A stretch of DNA of 51,921 bases. Source: Octopus bimaculoides (taxonomy: Eukaryota). Shown piece by piece: positions 11,607-24,188 of the stretch. The notes under the pieces were generated by a model. It was not told the DNA's origin. It did no database searches and saw nothing but the letters and a program-made list of their open reading frames with translations. How positions within the stretch are numbered: position 1 is the first letter of the stretch; every line of letters starts with the position of its first letter. The DNA lies in the NCBI RefSeq assembly GCF_001194135.2, contig NC_068988.1, positions 66,950,839 to 67,002,759 of the forward strand, read 5' to 3'. Made by a program: the position numbers and the translations under genes.

Positions 11607-12384
11607 TCGAATTATGTGAAAGAAGCAGCTCTGTAGTAAAAACCTTATAAATATAACAGAACAAACTTAACGTATCTGTATCGTTGAAATGCCAGAAATT
11701 GTTGTTTCCGTTTGGAAAACATTCTTTCGTAGACTTATTATGTTATAGAACACAATATACTTCAGAACTAGGTGAAACGAAATCGTTCCAGAAGTGACTG
11801 CGAGCAACAGAGATGTAGCGAATTTTATTCTGCTTATGCAGCGTCTTTGCATACCAGTCTATAGTTTAAAGAATATTTTAGACAGGCCGATTCGAGGTCG
11901 TTTCAGAAGTGACACGAGTTCATGACATTGACAAGACGTAGATATGCCGTAATACGTATCTGTCGAACTTGTGGTCATTTTTAGGGCGATTTTGTTTCTA
12001 CCAACTCTGAAATATTTTGTTTATACAATATGTGTATATACAATATGTTTATACAATATGTGTATAAAGGGATTTTTCCCGGACGAAACCCGCAGGCTCT
12101 AACTCTTCAACCACACATGTTAAGTATGTTATACATACATACGTGCATACGTACATACATACATACAAGCACACACACATAATTATGAATAATTTTACTT
12201 TATCTGATTGATAACATTATAGCGTGGTTTCCAAGCTTCTCTGCAGGCTTTGGCTAGCAGATGTTATCATACAGTGGAACTTCTCCTTTTACTGGAAATA
12301 CTTTGGTTATCTGTGAATATCCGTAGGATTTATACAAAAGATAATTTTAATGGGTAAAGAGGGAATGAACAAGATTTATAACAA

Positions 12385-12508
12385 GTCACTACAATTGTTT
12401 CGGTGCATCAATATCAGCTGGTAATTGCTGTAAATTACATATATTATGCACATTATTGCGTTAACATAATCCAACAGTAGTTGTGTATATGAACGTCTTC
12501 AGGTGAGT
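12385..12508 (-). ncRNA. Hammerhead-like motif with 94-nt stem II insertion (Penelope-type relic)
   Basis: UCAC-CUGAAGA-[94 nt]-GAAA-CAAUUG-UA-GUGA: canonical core, stem I UCAC/GUGA, palindromic stem III ACAAUUGU, GUA triplet. Confidence 0.45.
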
Positions 12509-12994
12509 AGTGTCCAAATTGATGGTTAAACTTTATTTCAAACGGTCCGGAAAAAATAGCAAACCTATAAATCAAAGCTTTATAACATCTGTATAGTTTA
12601 AGATATAGCATATCTGGGATTAAGTCATTTACTTAGTGTTGTTAGATATCCTGTAAGAATTGATCCGTCAGACCAAACCACTGGAGCGAAAACTTCTAGC
12701 CGCGATTATCCTGTAGTTTTCAGAGACAGTGTATTTAGAGAGTATAGATTATCTACTTTATCATACGGTTTTTATAGAAGATATCGATATCGTATGCTTC
12801 CAGGGGAATTTGGCTGCCATTTCCTGCACGTGGCACAGTCAAAGTGAGATATTCTTGTCAATTTATTTGAAAGAAGAAGAAAACTAAAAACACAAAATAG
12901 GAAGGTAATTGCTGAATAATAAAACTGGAAGCGTTATTTAGATCTAATCTGTGATAAAATTTAAGGTAAGGGCAAAATACAGACGATATGATTA

Positions 12995-13230
12995 AGTGGA
13001 AGTGGCCTTGTGGCTAATGCAGAAGGCATCTGTCTTCAGAATCGAAGATTCTGAGTTCCGGTCCCAACAGGGTCGTTATTGTTAATTTTTCGGGAGTGTT
13101 GTATCATTAAGAAAAGGTACAGTTTTACATTCAAGGAGGGAGTTTCAACGCATGTTCATAACCCGTTAGACATTACAACAAAATGTCCCCCTTAAATAAG
13201 GAAATGACACGTTAAAAAATGCACTTTTGT
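12995..13230 (+). mobile_element. Degenerate tRNA-headed SINE
   Basis: GTGGCCTTGTGGCTAATGCAG (A-box-like) and CTGAGTTCCGGTCCC (B-box-like) followed by a body resembling 34250-34470 and 36620-36855. Confidence 0.45.
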
Positions 13231-13256
13231 ATATATTTCTAAAAAATGTTGTAGTA

Positions 13257-13480
13257 ATAGTAGCGGCACTACCATCGCCGCCACCACCACCACCACCACC
13301 ACCAACAACAACAACATCATAATCGTCATTATCAACAACATCTACATCATAGTCAATAACATCATCGTCATCATCATTAACATCATCATCATTAACATCA
13401 TCATCATCATTGCCGTCGTCGTTATCGTCATCATCATCATCATCAACAGCAAGAACATCACTACCAATAACACCAATTAC
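13257..13480 (+). repeat. Compound ACC/AAC/ATC trinucleotide tract
   Basis: Runs of CCA, ACA and ATC in one register. Confidence 0.9.
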
Positions 13481-13945
13481 GGCACTGATGACTTTTGCCG
13501 TTTGTATCGTAAAGTTTCATCGGAAGTAAATTCCGATCACTTTATTTGTAACCCAGATTTAGTTTTGTTTTAATTATATCTGAAATGATTCGAAAATGCT
13601 TTTAGGAAAAAATCCGTTCAGTTCCTCTCTGTAAAAACATCCTAATTTATTTAAAATATCTTTAAAGCAAAAATAAAAGATATTTTATTTCGATAAATTT
13701 GGATATTCTATACACACACACGGACATACACACATACACACAGATGAGTGTGTATAAACACATACACACACGCATACATATTCACAGAGGCTCACAGGAA
13801 TATATTCATACAGAAATGGGTTTTAGTATTTTCTGAAACTGCATAAAATTAATTGGTTTTGAAATAGAATATTCAATGTGGCAATGCATTGATCATTACT
13901 TCAGCGTTACGATCAGTTTTAACATTAAAAGTAATTATTTATAAT

Positions 13946-13955
13946 CAACAACAGC

Positions 13956-13989
<34 letters not shown>

Positions 13990-14005
13990 TAAACAACAAC
14001 AACAA

Positions 14006-14041
<36 letters not shown>

Positions 14042-14090
14042 AAACAACAACAACAATAACAACAACTACTACTACTACTGCTACTACTAC
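13946..14090 (+). repeat. (AAC)n/(ACT)n compound microsatellite
   Basis: Long AAC run with AACATA interruptions, then ACT run. Confidence 0.95.
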
Positions 14091-14119
14091 CCCTGTATTT
14101 CATTACAATATTTATGATG

Positions 14120-14450
14120 TGTAGAGTCGGTGGGCAACAGAACCGTTATAATGATTGCCGAAACGCCTTGCAATTTCGTCACGCCTCTTTACACTTTCAG
14201 TTCAAATTTTACCAAAGTCTCCGTAGCGTTTAGATGAATGGTCGATAAAATAAAGTACTAATCAAGTAGATACGATCGACTACATGATTACAGGAACAGG
14301 TGAGTGCCAGAAATAATCAATGTAATGATGTGTAAGGTCGACGGGTGGCCGAATAACATAAATTTTGAAATTTAGGTCTGGCTTCTTAACGGTTTTGAGT
14401 TCAAATCCGGCAGTGTTAATGGAATAAAGTAGAATAATACATTGCCGACA
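14120..14450 (+). mobile_element. Two degenerate family A SINE copies
   Basis: GGTGGGCAACAGAACCGTTA..CAGTTCAAATTTT..GGTCGATAAAATAAAGTAC and GGGTGGCCGAATAAC..GAGTTCAAATCCGG. Confidence 0.55.
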
Positions 14451-15920
14451 CTACCCACACCAAATATTTGTTTATGTTACAAGTCGATTCTTTGGATGTA
14501 TAAAGGCTGAAGATGGATAAACTCGGAGAAAATGGTTTGTAATATTTAATTATAAATCCTGCTATCTTTATATTTTACGGACCTAGGGTTGACAAAATTC
14601 ATGTCAATTACAAAGGCCTATTCAATTGACAATACCACTCTGACTCAAGTATGTGGCTTTATGTCGAATTTAGAAACCTTATCACGCTGGCGCATAGCAG
14701 GGTAGAGAAAGAGCTATAATATCAAATATTCATGAGGGGCAAACGTTATTAATATTAAAAGCAAACATGTTAATGAAGAATGCTTGCGTTTCATCATTTT
14801 GCTGATTAATAAAATAATACCAGCAAATACAAGGGTCAGATTGACACACCCAATGCAAACATAAACATCCTTTTTACTGAAATATTCCTCACAAATGTAA
14901 TCCCAGCGAAGAGCGCCTCTAGCGATAATTTATCTGATATATCAGATGTGCCAGTCCTACCCCTCTGAACAGATATAAGGCCAGTAAANNNNNNNNNNNN
15001 NNNNNNNNNNNNNNNNNNNNNNNNNNNNNNNNNNNNNNNNNNNNNNNNNNNNNNNNNNNNNNNNNNNNNNNNNNNNNNNNNATATATATATATATATATA
15101 TACAGACATATACGTGTGTTTATATGTGTATGTGGGCACGCGTGTTTAAATTGAATTAGATATATTCTTCGTAGACACATTTATGACGCAGCGTGAGAGT
15201 ATCTACGTGGCTCTCAAAATAGCAGCCACATTTCCTCAAATCCCACTTAAATAACGAAGACCACTTTGGATAATGTTAGTCAAGATATGCAAATGTTTTC
15301 ATGTTTTCAATGGGATTCATTATATGTCTGTTTTATTAGGTTGGTTTGAATCAATCCTCTAGCGACAGAAATATACAGTGCGCTTCTGAGTATGACAAAT
15401 GGCCGGTAGTACTGTTTCGATTTCCGGATGCAGAAGTTGTCCTCATAAATGTCATTAAATATGTAGGAAATGGTTCGGATACCACGTTTTAATGTATCTA
15501 CTGCAGTAAAACCTCTTGTACAAAGACCCGATGTTTGTAATATATTTGATAAAAAACGTCATGCGTGGCCAATATTTTCACCATAAACGTCCGTGCACTA
15601 GCAAAAACTGTAGTATTTCAAATAATTTCTGCAATGCGATAGGGCCTAACATATGCAATATAATGATTTGAAAGACTTCCATTATTAACTCAGATTCTCC
15701 AGGTGATTATAGAAAAAAGAATTATCTAGCGAATATTTTAGTTCCTTATATGGCATAAGTGGCCCTAAAATATTTGTATTGAGTAAACAGAATGCTTTCC
15801 TGGTAGTATTTTCCTAATCCGTATTGATATTACTGTATCACTGAAGCGACCATATTTTCGGATGTTGTTAAAAACCCGGGACACAATGCGCTTCTTCACA
15901 CTGTTGTAACTTTCAAATGA

Positions 15921-16160
15921 TGCAACTCCGCCGGCTATCCAGGCAGGCCTGCAGTGTACAACTAACCGAGATCACGAAATTTTCCCTGAACGAGACGCCA
16001 GTCCATCGCAGGGTTATTCATTTACAGCTGAGTGGACTGCAGCAACATGAAATAAAACGTTTAGTTTAACAACACAAAACATGCTCCGGTCCAGGAATCA
16101 AAACCATGACCTTGCGAGCATAAGAATACCACACTAACCATTAGGCCACGTGCCTTCACA
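15921..16160 (-). mobile_element. tRNA-derived SINE, family D (CORE-like)
   Basis: Reverse complement TGTGAAGGCACGTGGCCTAATGGTTAG (A box), GGTTTTGATTCCTGG (B box), TTTATTTCATGTTGCTGCAGTCCACTCAGCTGTAAATG, CTGCGATGGACTGGCGTC. Confidence 0.75.
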
Positions 16161-16985
16161 GTAGTCTGTATTGATATGCCAGATTGATAGAAGAGATGAA
16201 TTACAACACTTCTATTGCTATGTAAAATTCCTTTATACTTTCTTTAAGTTACGATGAGTTGATTTCCCTGCCGTTCCTCCAGGCCTTATAAAATATATAT
16301 AGTTTAATTCCTTTTGCGTTTAAACCTGAACCTTCGTCCTCAACACAGAAATCAATATTTGTACAAAGTTATGGGAGGAATGCTAATGATTAGATGACAG
16401 AAGTTAGTGACGAAAAACACCAACAGAGTTTCAAATAGAAATATCTTATTTTATGTCAGCAACACATTACGAATGAAACGTAGGAATGGTTAAAAACCAT
16501 AATATTCTTCCCTATGTTCTTCCAAATCATTTTTTTCCGGTGAAAGAAGTAGTAATTTTTTTGCAGCGCCATTAAAGTTCCATTCGTAGAAAAGATGTAC
16601 GCTTTTGGCAATACGAGTTCAAGAAATGTATTCGATTCTCTGATGGCAACATTCCAATCCCACTCCGTTGTTAATGTCCATAACAATCACCACAACGTTA
16701 GAACTACGCATTTCCATTTTTTTCTAAAACAATAGTTTTCATACTTTTGTTAGAAACAATCAATATAGCTATTGTTATTGTAATGTTTCTTATTTATCTT
16801 CACAAGTAGTTTTTATTCCCATAAAATCTACTTTAAGTAGTTAATTTGCGAAGAGAAAGCTTGACACAGAAGAGCAGAAATTTCTTTGTTTTCTATTTGT
16901 TAGCTTTAAAAATGTTTAAAATATATCTGATAAAATATTTCAAGCCTCAGAATGAATTTTGTACTGAAAGTATCTATACATATGC

Positions 16986-16989
<4 letters not shown>

Positions 16990-17026
<37 letters not shown>

Positions 17027-17101
17027 NNNNNNNNNNNNNNNNNNNNNNNNGAAAGAGAGAGAGAGAAAGAAAGAGAGAGAGAGAAAGAGAGTGAGAGAGA
17101 A

Positions 17102-17148
<47 letters not shown>

Positions 17149-17187
17149 AAGAGAGAGAGAGAAAGAGAGAGAGAGAGACAGAGAGAG

Positions 17188-17240
<53 letters not shown>
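16990..17240 (+). repeat. (GA)n purine tract with GAAA interruptions
   Basis: About 250 bp, includes a short gap. Confidence 0.95.
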
Positions 17241-17243
<3 letters not shown>

Positions 17244-17572
17244 AGGTTACTTATGATAAAATGCTATGAATAACAGGCATTGATTTGATACATTTGCATA
17301 ACATTACTTTCTCTGCAAGTGTATATAAGCGAACAAAATTACTGAGACAGCGTGTATATGAATAAATCAGAAGGAAACAATATGGTTAGTTGCTTCAGTT
17401 GCTCCTTTTGCTTTAGGCTAATACACCTACAGTAAAAGTCTGCTGAGATAGCTATGTCCAAATTCCCGGGTAATTATGTGATGTGAGAACATGACAAAAT
17501 AATAACTACTGGGTCTAGGCACCCAGCTCTATATCATGTATGCATGTATGTTTGTATGTATGTATGTATGTA

Positions 17573-17607
<35 letters not shown>

Positions 17608-18774
17608 ATGTGCGTGTTACAGAAAATAAAGTAAATGTCGAGCGCGGGAGCTGTGAAAACAACCTAGAAAATTGGGTAAATACCCCGAGAAAACAGGAAA
17701 AAGTTACCAGTAGGCGTGTGTGTACACGTATGCGTATGGATATGTTTCTTCATCTGTATCTCTATTTGCATGTATGTTTCCATTACTCTGTTACCCTTCC
17801 TCTCTAAGGACATTAAGTTCTTGTATTAAGAGCTTAGAACTGCTGGAACTGAATGCTACAGAGTCAGCATGAGATGAAAGTATAAACTTCACAATCGGCA
17901 ATTTGGTCCCAGACATCTACACATGTTCTGCCTGTTGCCAGTTTAACGGTTTCGTTACATTACCACAGGCTGGGAGTGAACAACCAATGAGACGTTCAGT
18001 AATAAGAATGCGTGTTGGTTGATAATAGAAATTGAAGCTAGTACAGAAGTAATGAGAGTTTGAGCCTCTAGTAAAGGAGATTGAAGACGAGTCTAAGGTA
18101 AGTCCGGAGACAGTCGTCTTACCATTTGAAAAGAGGAAGTTACTGTCATGGCACTTAGATATATCATTGGTCATGATATAGCTTACGAATACATTGAGTT
18201 GCACCTTGCAGTATTTCACTTAATTCATGGAACTGAGATTGTTTGGAGAAAATAATTTAAAACTCGGTATAAGTGAACGATTTTTTCCCTATACATTTTG
18301 TAAATAATAAGTCTGTATATTTGAAGAGACGTTTCAGACTTACGGCTAAAAAAGATCACGTGACAAGTAATTATACGATTGTGATTTGAAGCCTTTCACT
18401 TTTAGCATTCGTCTACTATTACAGCTGAAGTCAGGTGGTCTCTGTCTGTGATATCGACACTTGAATAGAAATATTGCTGCAGACAAAACAGGTGTATATA
18501 GTATATATCAAAAAAGAAAAAAAGAAAAAGAAAAAGAAAAGAAAAAGACGTGACAGCAACAATATCAGTGAGTATATATATAAAATGGATCCATAGCTTT
18601 GTAGGAAAAGTAAACGAATTTGGAGTGAAGTAGAAAATGGAGACAAAGAGTTTAGTAAAAATATGGTGAATATGAAGGTTGAGCAAGGTAAATTCTATAC
18701 ATTGTAGCGTTAGGTGATAATGACATAATATCGGCTGTGCAGTTAGTTTAAGAAAAGGAATCAATGATTAAAAG

Positions 18775-19116
<342 letters not shown>

Positions 19117-20087
19117 AAAATACAAATGTGTAATGGAGATATTTTGAGCAAAGGCACGCTGCTAAAATGGCGAACGGATATCACAAAAATAAGCTGAAGA
19201 AAAGCAGAAGAAAATATTAACTTCTTCCTAAGTGACTAATGTTATTATGGCCTATGGCAAGTTTTCGCATTCTAAAGGTTTAGCAATTTCTAGTTAAAAT
19301 ATGCAACAAGTATATATTAAATGCTGTTAAGAGATCAAACAATATGGCGAAAGACATATATGCACATACAAGTTTACCAGAATGAATAATTGAATGGAAA
19401 AACCTGAAACACCGAAATTATGCACCCCCCAAAAAAGAAAACAGGAATAAAAGATACTAAAAAAATGGTAAATATTCTTTCTAAACTCTAAAGCAAGGTG
19501 GCTATCGTATTCATCTTTAACTTTTTTGGTCATGCAGAAAGAAACATACACTTGGTAGTTGAATGAAACGATATTTAGTTGGAAAAGCATGGACTATGAG
19601 AAAATGATTAGTGTTAAAGCGGGATAATATCTATAGACAAAACAAAACAAACCCCTTATTTAGGCAAAATAATACAAATGATATGAAAATTATCTAAAAC
19701 GTTTACAATATGCCATAAATGTGTGCTTGAGTGGCTCACTTAGTAACCTGGCTGGTATGAGTTCGATCCAGTTGCGTCGAACTTTATTTGCTTTCGGTTT
19801 CTATCGTGACTTAGGGTTAGCTAATGTCGTATGAGGGAAATGGCTTAGATCTAAACTATAGACAAGTTCGTCGTATACACACACAACACACATATGTGTA
19901 TATTTGTAGGTGTAGGTTTACACCTGTGTAAATATATTCTGGTATTAAAGTATAGAAAAAGAGGAAAGTATGTATAAAAATCGGGTAGACTCAGATATTC
20001 GATAAAGATGTCACCATAATGAGTAGCAGACCAAGGTGCCGAGCAGGCAGGATTGTTAGCATGTCGGACAACTCATTGCGCCCTGAG

Positions 20088-20125
<38 letters not shown>

Positions 20126-20157
20126 NNNNNNNNNNNNNNNNNNNNNNNNNNNNNNNN

Positions 20158-20241
<84 letters not shown>

Positions 20242-20242
<1 letters not shown>

Positions 20243-20794
20243 AGGGTGAGCCAAAATTAGTGCCCAAACGTGAGTGTTTGAACATCCAACGATTTCATAG
20301 GTACTGATCGAGGAAATTTCTTAGACGTTTGTCATAATGAGGAAGTGTTCCATCTTGCACAAAGATTTTTCGAATGACGGTATCGAAAATATGGCTTGAT
20401 GATATTTTCACATAACGCCAGATAACGATCACCATTCATCGTCTCTCGTTGAATATAGAATGCACAAATTCCTGAAGACAATATCGCCTAACAGATAACA
20501 AGAGAAGGTGAATTAACGTGCATTTCCCAAACCACTTCAGGGTCATCTGAATAATAGAAACAGTCATGGCGCTTGATGTGACCGGAAACATGGAAGGTCG
20601 CTTCATCACAGAAATTGAGTCGATCAAAAAATCTGGAATCTCTGGCTTCTGCAAGCATTCTCTCACAAAATTCGTCACGTCGAATAATCAGTGACATATG
20701 GAAATAATAAGAGCATGCATCAAGAAACTACAGAACTAATAGACACATATAATTGGGACACATTACATTAGGGCACTAATTTTGGCCCATCCTC
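20242..20794 (-). mobile_element. Internally deleted Tc1/mariner-superfamily DNA transposon with TIRs (DD41D/rosa-like motifs)
   Basis: TIRs AGGGTGAGCCAAAATTAGTGCCC (20243-20265) and GGGCACTAATTTTGGCCCATCCT (20771-20793), 21/23 match. Minus strand gives FCERML..FFDRLNFCDEATFHVSGHIKRHDC..NSP, ETMNGDRYLAL and IFVQDGTLPHY..RNFLDQ..RW across frameshifts; the third catalytic residue is deleted. Confidence 0.88.
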
Positions 20795-21489
20795 TCTCTC
20801 TCTCTATATATATAAGTGGTTTGTGGTTCTTTTTGATAAAATATAAAAGTTCTCATATTATATGTAAATGATAGAAAATTGAATCATTCATTCTTTTCCC
20901 ATCGGCATTATTCACTTTAACAATTCTTTGTTGCTTTATGATTCTGATGAAAACTGTTTTAACTGTCTAATATAATACAGAGACTAAGTAAGGCATATAT
21001 ATCTGCATACATACTTACGTACGTACACACATTAGCACACACACGCGCACAAACAAACACACAGACACACGCACAAACATGTGATATGCAGGAAAATGTA
21101 GATCATCAGTTAAATATATCTCCAGTAGAGGAGAGTGGAACATTACATGAGAAGGGTGATTGAAAAATATACAAATTTGTTATATCAGAAGCATGTTGTA
21201 TTTAGTTACTGCTGATCTGGTATTCACGAAAACTTATAATGTCTATTCAAGATAAAAATTTTATGTGTTTGGTGTTTTGATATAACTAAAATCGAAGAAA
21301 AAACACAATGTTCGTTTAATTATTAACAATAAATGCCAAAAGCTGCTGTTTGAAAATGGTATGCAAATACTCACTGTAGTACACACACATATATATGCAT
21401 ACGAATATATTTGTGTACTTGCACGTATATATATAAATACGCATATATATATATACATATGGATAATTACTGTGAAACATGTTGTAGAA

Positions 21490-21702
21490 TATATTGTATA
21501 AAAGGTCGTGGGTAAGGCCAAAACAATGCAAAGTAAATGCAAAGTTATGACCCCATCCTCAAGAAATTGAGGATGGGGTCATGACCCCAAAATATTGAAT
21601 GCAAGGTAAGTTTAAATTAATTCACATATTTGTTTCCTTTTGATTTACCTTGCATTTACTTTGCATTGTTTTGGCCTTACCCTCGATCTTTTATACAATA
21701 TA
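21490..21702. mobile_element. MITE-like element, 53-bp TIRs and internal perfect hairpin
   Basis: TATATTGTATAAAAGGTCGTGGGTAAGGCCAAAACAATGCAAAGTAAATGCAA versus reverse complement of the right end, 2 mismatches; internal 16-bp stem with GAAA loop at 21547-21582. Confidence 0.75.
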
Positions 21703-21982
21703 TATATATACATACGAATATACATACATATACATACACCTATATACAAGCATACACAAATTAATGTTTGATTTCATGTCGTGAGACAATAAAAGTTTCA
21801 CATTAAACTGAAAGATAAGTTAATATATTTTGTAGAGAGTATATCTGTTATAAATTTTGAGAGCGGTGACAATGACTTCGAAGTTTCGGCTTCTTAGTCT
21901 GCATCACAGTATTCGAGGAAGGCTGGCTACGTCACCATTATTCCTGTAAATCTATAATCTCTCATTCTCTCTCTCTTTCCCC

Positions 21983-21984
<2 letters not shown>

Positions 21985-22039
<55 letters not shown>

Positions 22040-22223
22040 GTTTACGTCATATGTGTTTTACAAACTTTCCAGCGAATGTGAATTAATTCGCTTTATTTTG
22101 TGGTGGGAGGGAATGGATTCTTGAAGCACAGAAAGCCTTATCTTATAAAGGGTTTTTCAACACTATATTTGCATGCTATTATTTATCTCTTTGTGTGCTA
22201 CCAGATTCACTATTCTAGAAAAG

Positions 22224-22263
<40 letters not shown>

Positions 22264-22664
22264 GTACATACATACGGAAAACGAGTCAAATAAGGGATAA
22301 TTTCACGAACACCAATCATTTGTTTTACACTCAGAGAAACAGTGAGAATTGATTAAAATGACATTTCGTATACTTTCTGTGCTTGCTATCGGGTTTAAGC
22401 TCTAAGCTTTTCGTTAGCATTTCAGCCACGACTACCTCCTTTTCTTTCTCAGTTTTTCTTCGTTGTCCGCCATCGTTTCCCACTCTAAACCCGATGGCAA
22501 GTAAAGAAAATATCTGAAATGTCATTTTAATACGTTTTCACTGTTTTTCTGAGTGTAAAACAAATGATTGTTGTTCGTGAACTTATCCTTCATTTGCCTC
22601 TTTTATCGTATGTATGTATGTATGTATGTATGTATGTATGTATGTATGTATGTATGTATGTATG

Positions 22665-22725
<61 letters not shown>

Positions 22726-22936
22726 GTATACATATATATAATTCTTTTCTAGGACAGTGAATCTGGAAGTACACAAAGAGATACATAATAACATGTAAAT
22801 ATAGTGTTGAAAAACCCTTTATAAGACAAGGCTTTTTGTGCTTCGAGAATCCACTGACTCCCACCACAAAAAAATACAAAACAATTAATTCATATTGGCT
22901 CGAAGGTTTGCAAAACACATATGGTGCAAATGATAG

Positions 22937-22968
<32 letters not shown>

Positions 22969-22985
22969 GGAGAGAGAGAGAGAGA
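21985..22985. repeat. About 1-kb imperfect inverted repeat (foldback) with 88-bp spacer
   Basis: Left arm 21985-22397 matches the reverse complement of 22486-22985 segment by segment, including the microsatellites. Confidence 0.92.
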
Positions 22986-23171
22986 NNNNNNNNNNNNNNN
23001 NNNNNNNNNNNNNNNNNNNNNNNNNNNNNNNNNNNNNNNNNNNNNNNNNNNNNNNNNNNNNNNNNNNNNNNNNNNNNNNNNNNNNNNNNNNNNNNNNNNN
23101 NNNNNNNNNNNNNNNNNNNNNNNNNNNNNNNNNNNNNNNNNNNNNNNNNNNNNNNNNNNNNNNNNNNNNNN

Positions 23172-23203
<32 letters not shown>

Positions 23204-23694
23204 TTATGTGTGGGATGTGTGTGCATAGTGTTGGAGCGTGGTTTCTGAAAAGTGGTGTAAGAAGTACTGCATGGCAAAAACCAAAAAACAAGCAAAAAAA
23301 GCACCCTGTCTTTTATTTCTCCATTATGTCTGTAGCAGAAGTAATCCTGTGATCTATTTTATGTGTTATAGGAGAAAGGAAATAAAAAGAAAAATATAAT
23401 ACACTTATTCAATACCTAGACACTCTTGAATATCGATTGTTTAACCAATATATTTACTATTGAATAGTTTACTATCACCAAATGACATCTATGACACATT
23501 CTATAATGTTGCCAATGTTAAAGCATAATGTATTCCCCACCTCTTAGTTGTTTTATTGTTCCTTTCAGAAGATATTTCAAGTTGTAGTAGCAGCGACGGA
23601 ACAGTATGTAAGTGTTGGAAACAGAGTGTCAACGAACGGATAGTGCATTTGGATATGCGTTTGAATCATTTATGCGTTATCATAATAAAAATAA

Positions 23695-24188
23695 TCCTTT
23701 TCTACTATAGGCAGAAGATCTGAAATTTTTGTAGGAGGGGGCCCTAGTTAATTACGTTGACTTCAGTTTTCAGCTGGTACTTACTTCATCAACCCCGAAA
23801 AGATGAAAGGCAAAGGGGCGCGGCGGAATTTAAACTTACAAGTTAGAGAAGGAGGAAATGATGCTATGCATTTTGTTCTGCATGCTAGAGATCCTGCCAG
23901 CTTTCATCATATATCTTGATAGTTCTTACTATTATAGAGAAAAGGCCTGAAATGTGGATGAGTAGAGGGCTAATTGATACCTCAAGCCTAGTGCTCAGCT
24001 GGTACAAGGCCAGCAATTTCGGGGTAGGGACATGTTGAATACATCCACCCAAGTGCTCAACTGGCACTTACTTTATCTACCCGAAAGGATGAAAGGCAAA
24101 ATCGACTTCAGCGAAATTTGAACTCAGAACGTAAAGCCGGACGAAATGCCGTGATATATTTCGCCCGGCGTGCTAACGATTCTGCCAA
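23695..24188 (-). mobile_element. Tandem cluster of about 3 family A SINE copies
   Basis: Repeated AAGGCCTGAAAT/AAGGCCAGCAATT tails and GGATGAAAGGCAAA..ATTTGAACTCAGAACGTAAAG..GCTAACGATTCTGCC. Confidence 0.85.

Noticed and set aside
11640-11960. Possible mariner N-terminal relic (ILDRPIRGRF resembling LEDEPRSGRP)
   Set aside because: Single weak motif, no TIR, other frames uninformative.
12478-12508. Perfect CAG|GTGAGT donor suggesting a micro-exon
   Set aside because: Better explained as the reverse complement of the hammerhead stem I and core; acceptor is poor.
14897-14968. Minus-strand 72-nt exon candidate RGRTGTSDISDKLSLEALFAGITF
   Set aside because: Only moderate donor, next to a gap, no homology; within chance expectation.
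17917-18219. 100-aa minus-strand ORF
   Set aside because: No start context or domain recognised; not distinguishable from chance.
18325-18365. GAAACGUC with an upstream weak stem on the minus strand
   Set aside because: No CUGANGA-like core and no stem I, so not called a hammerhead.
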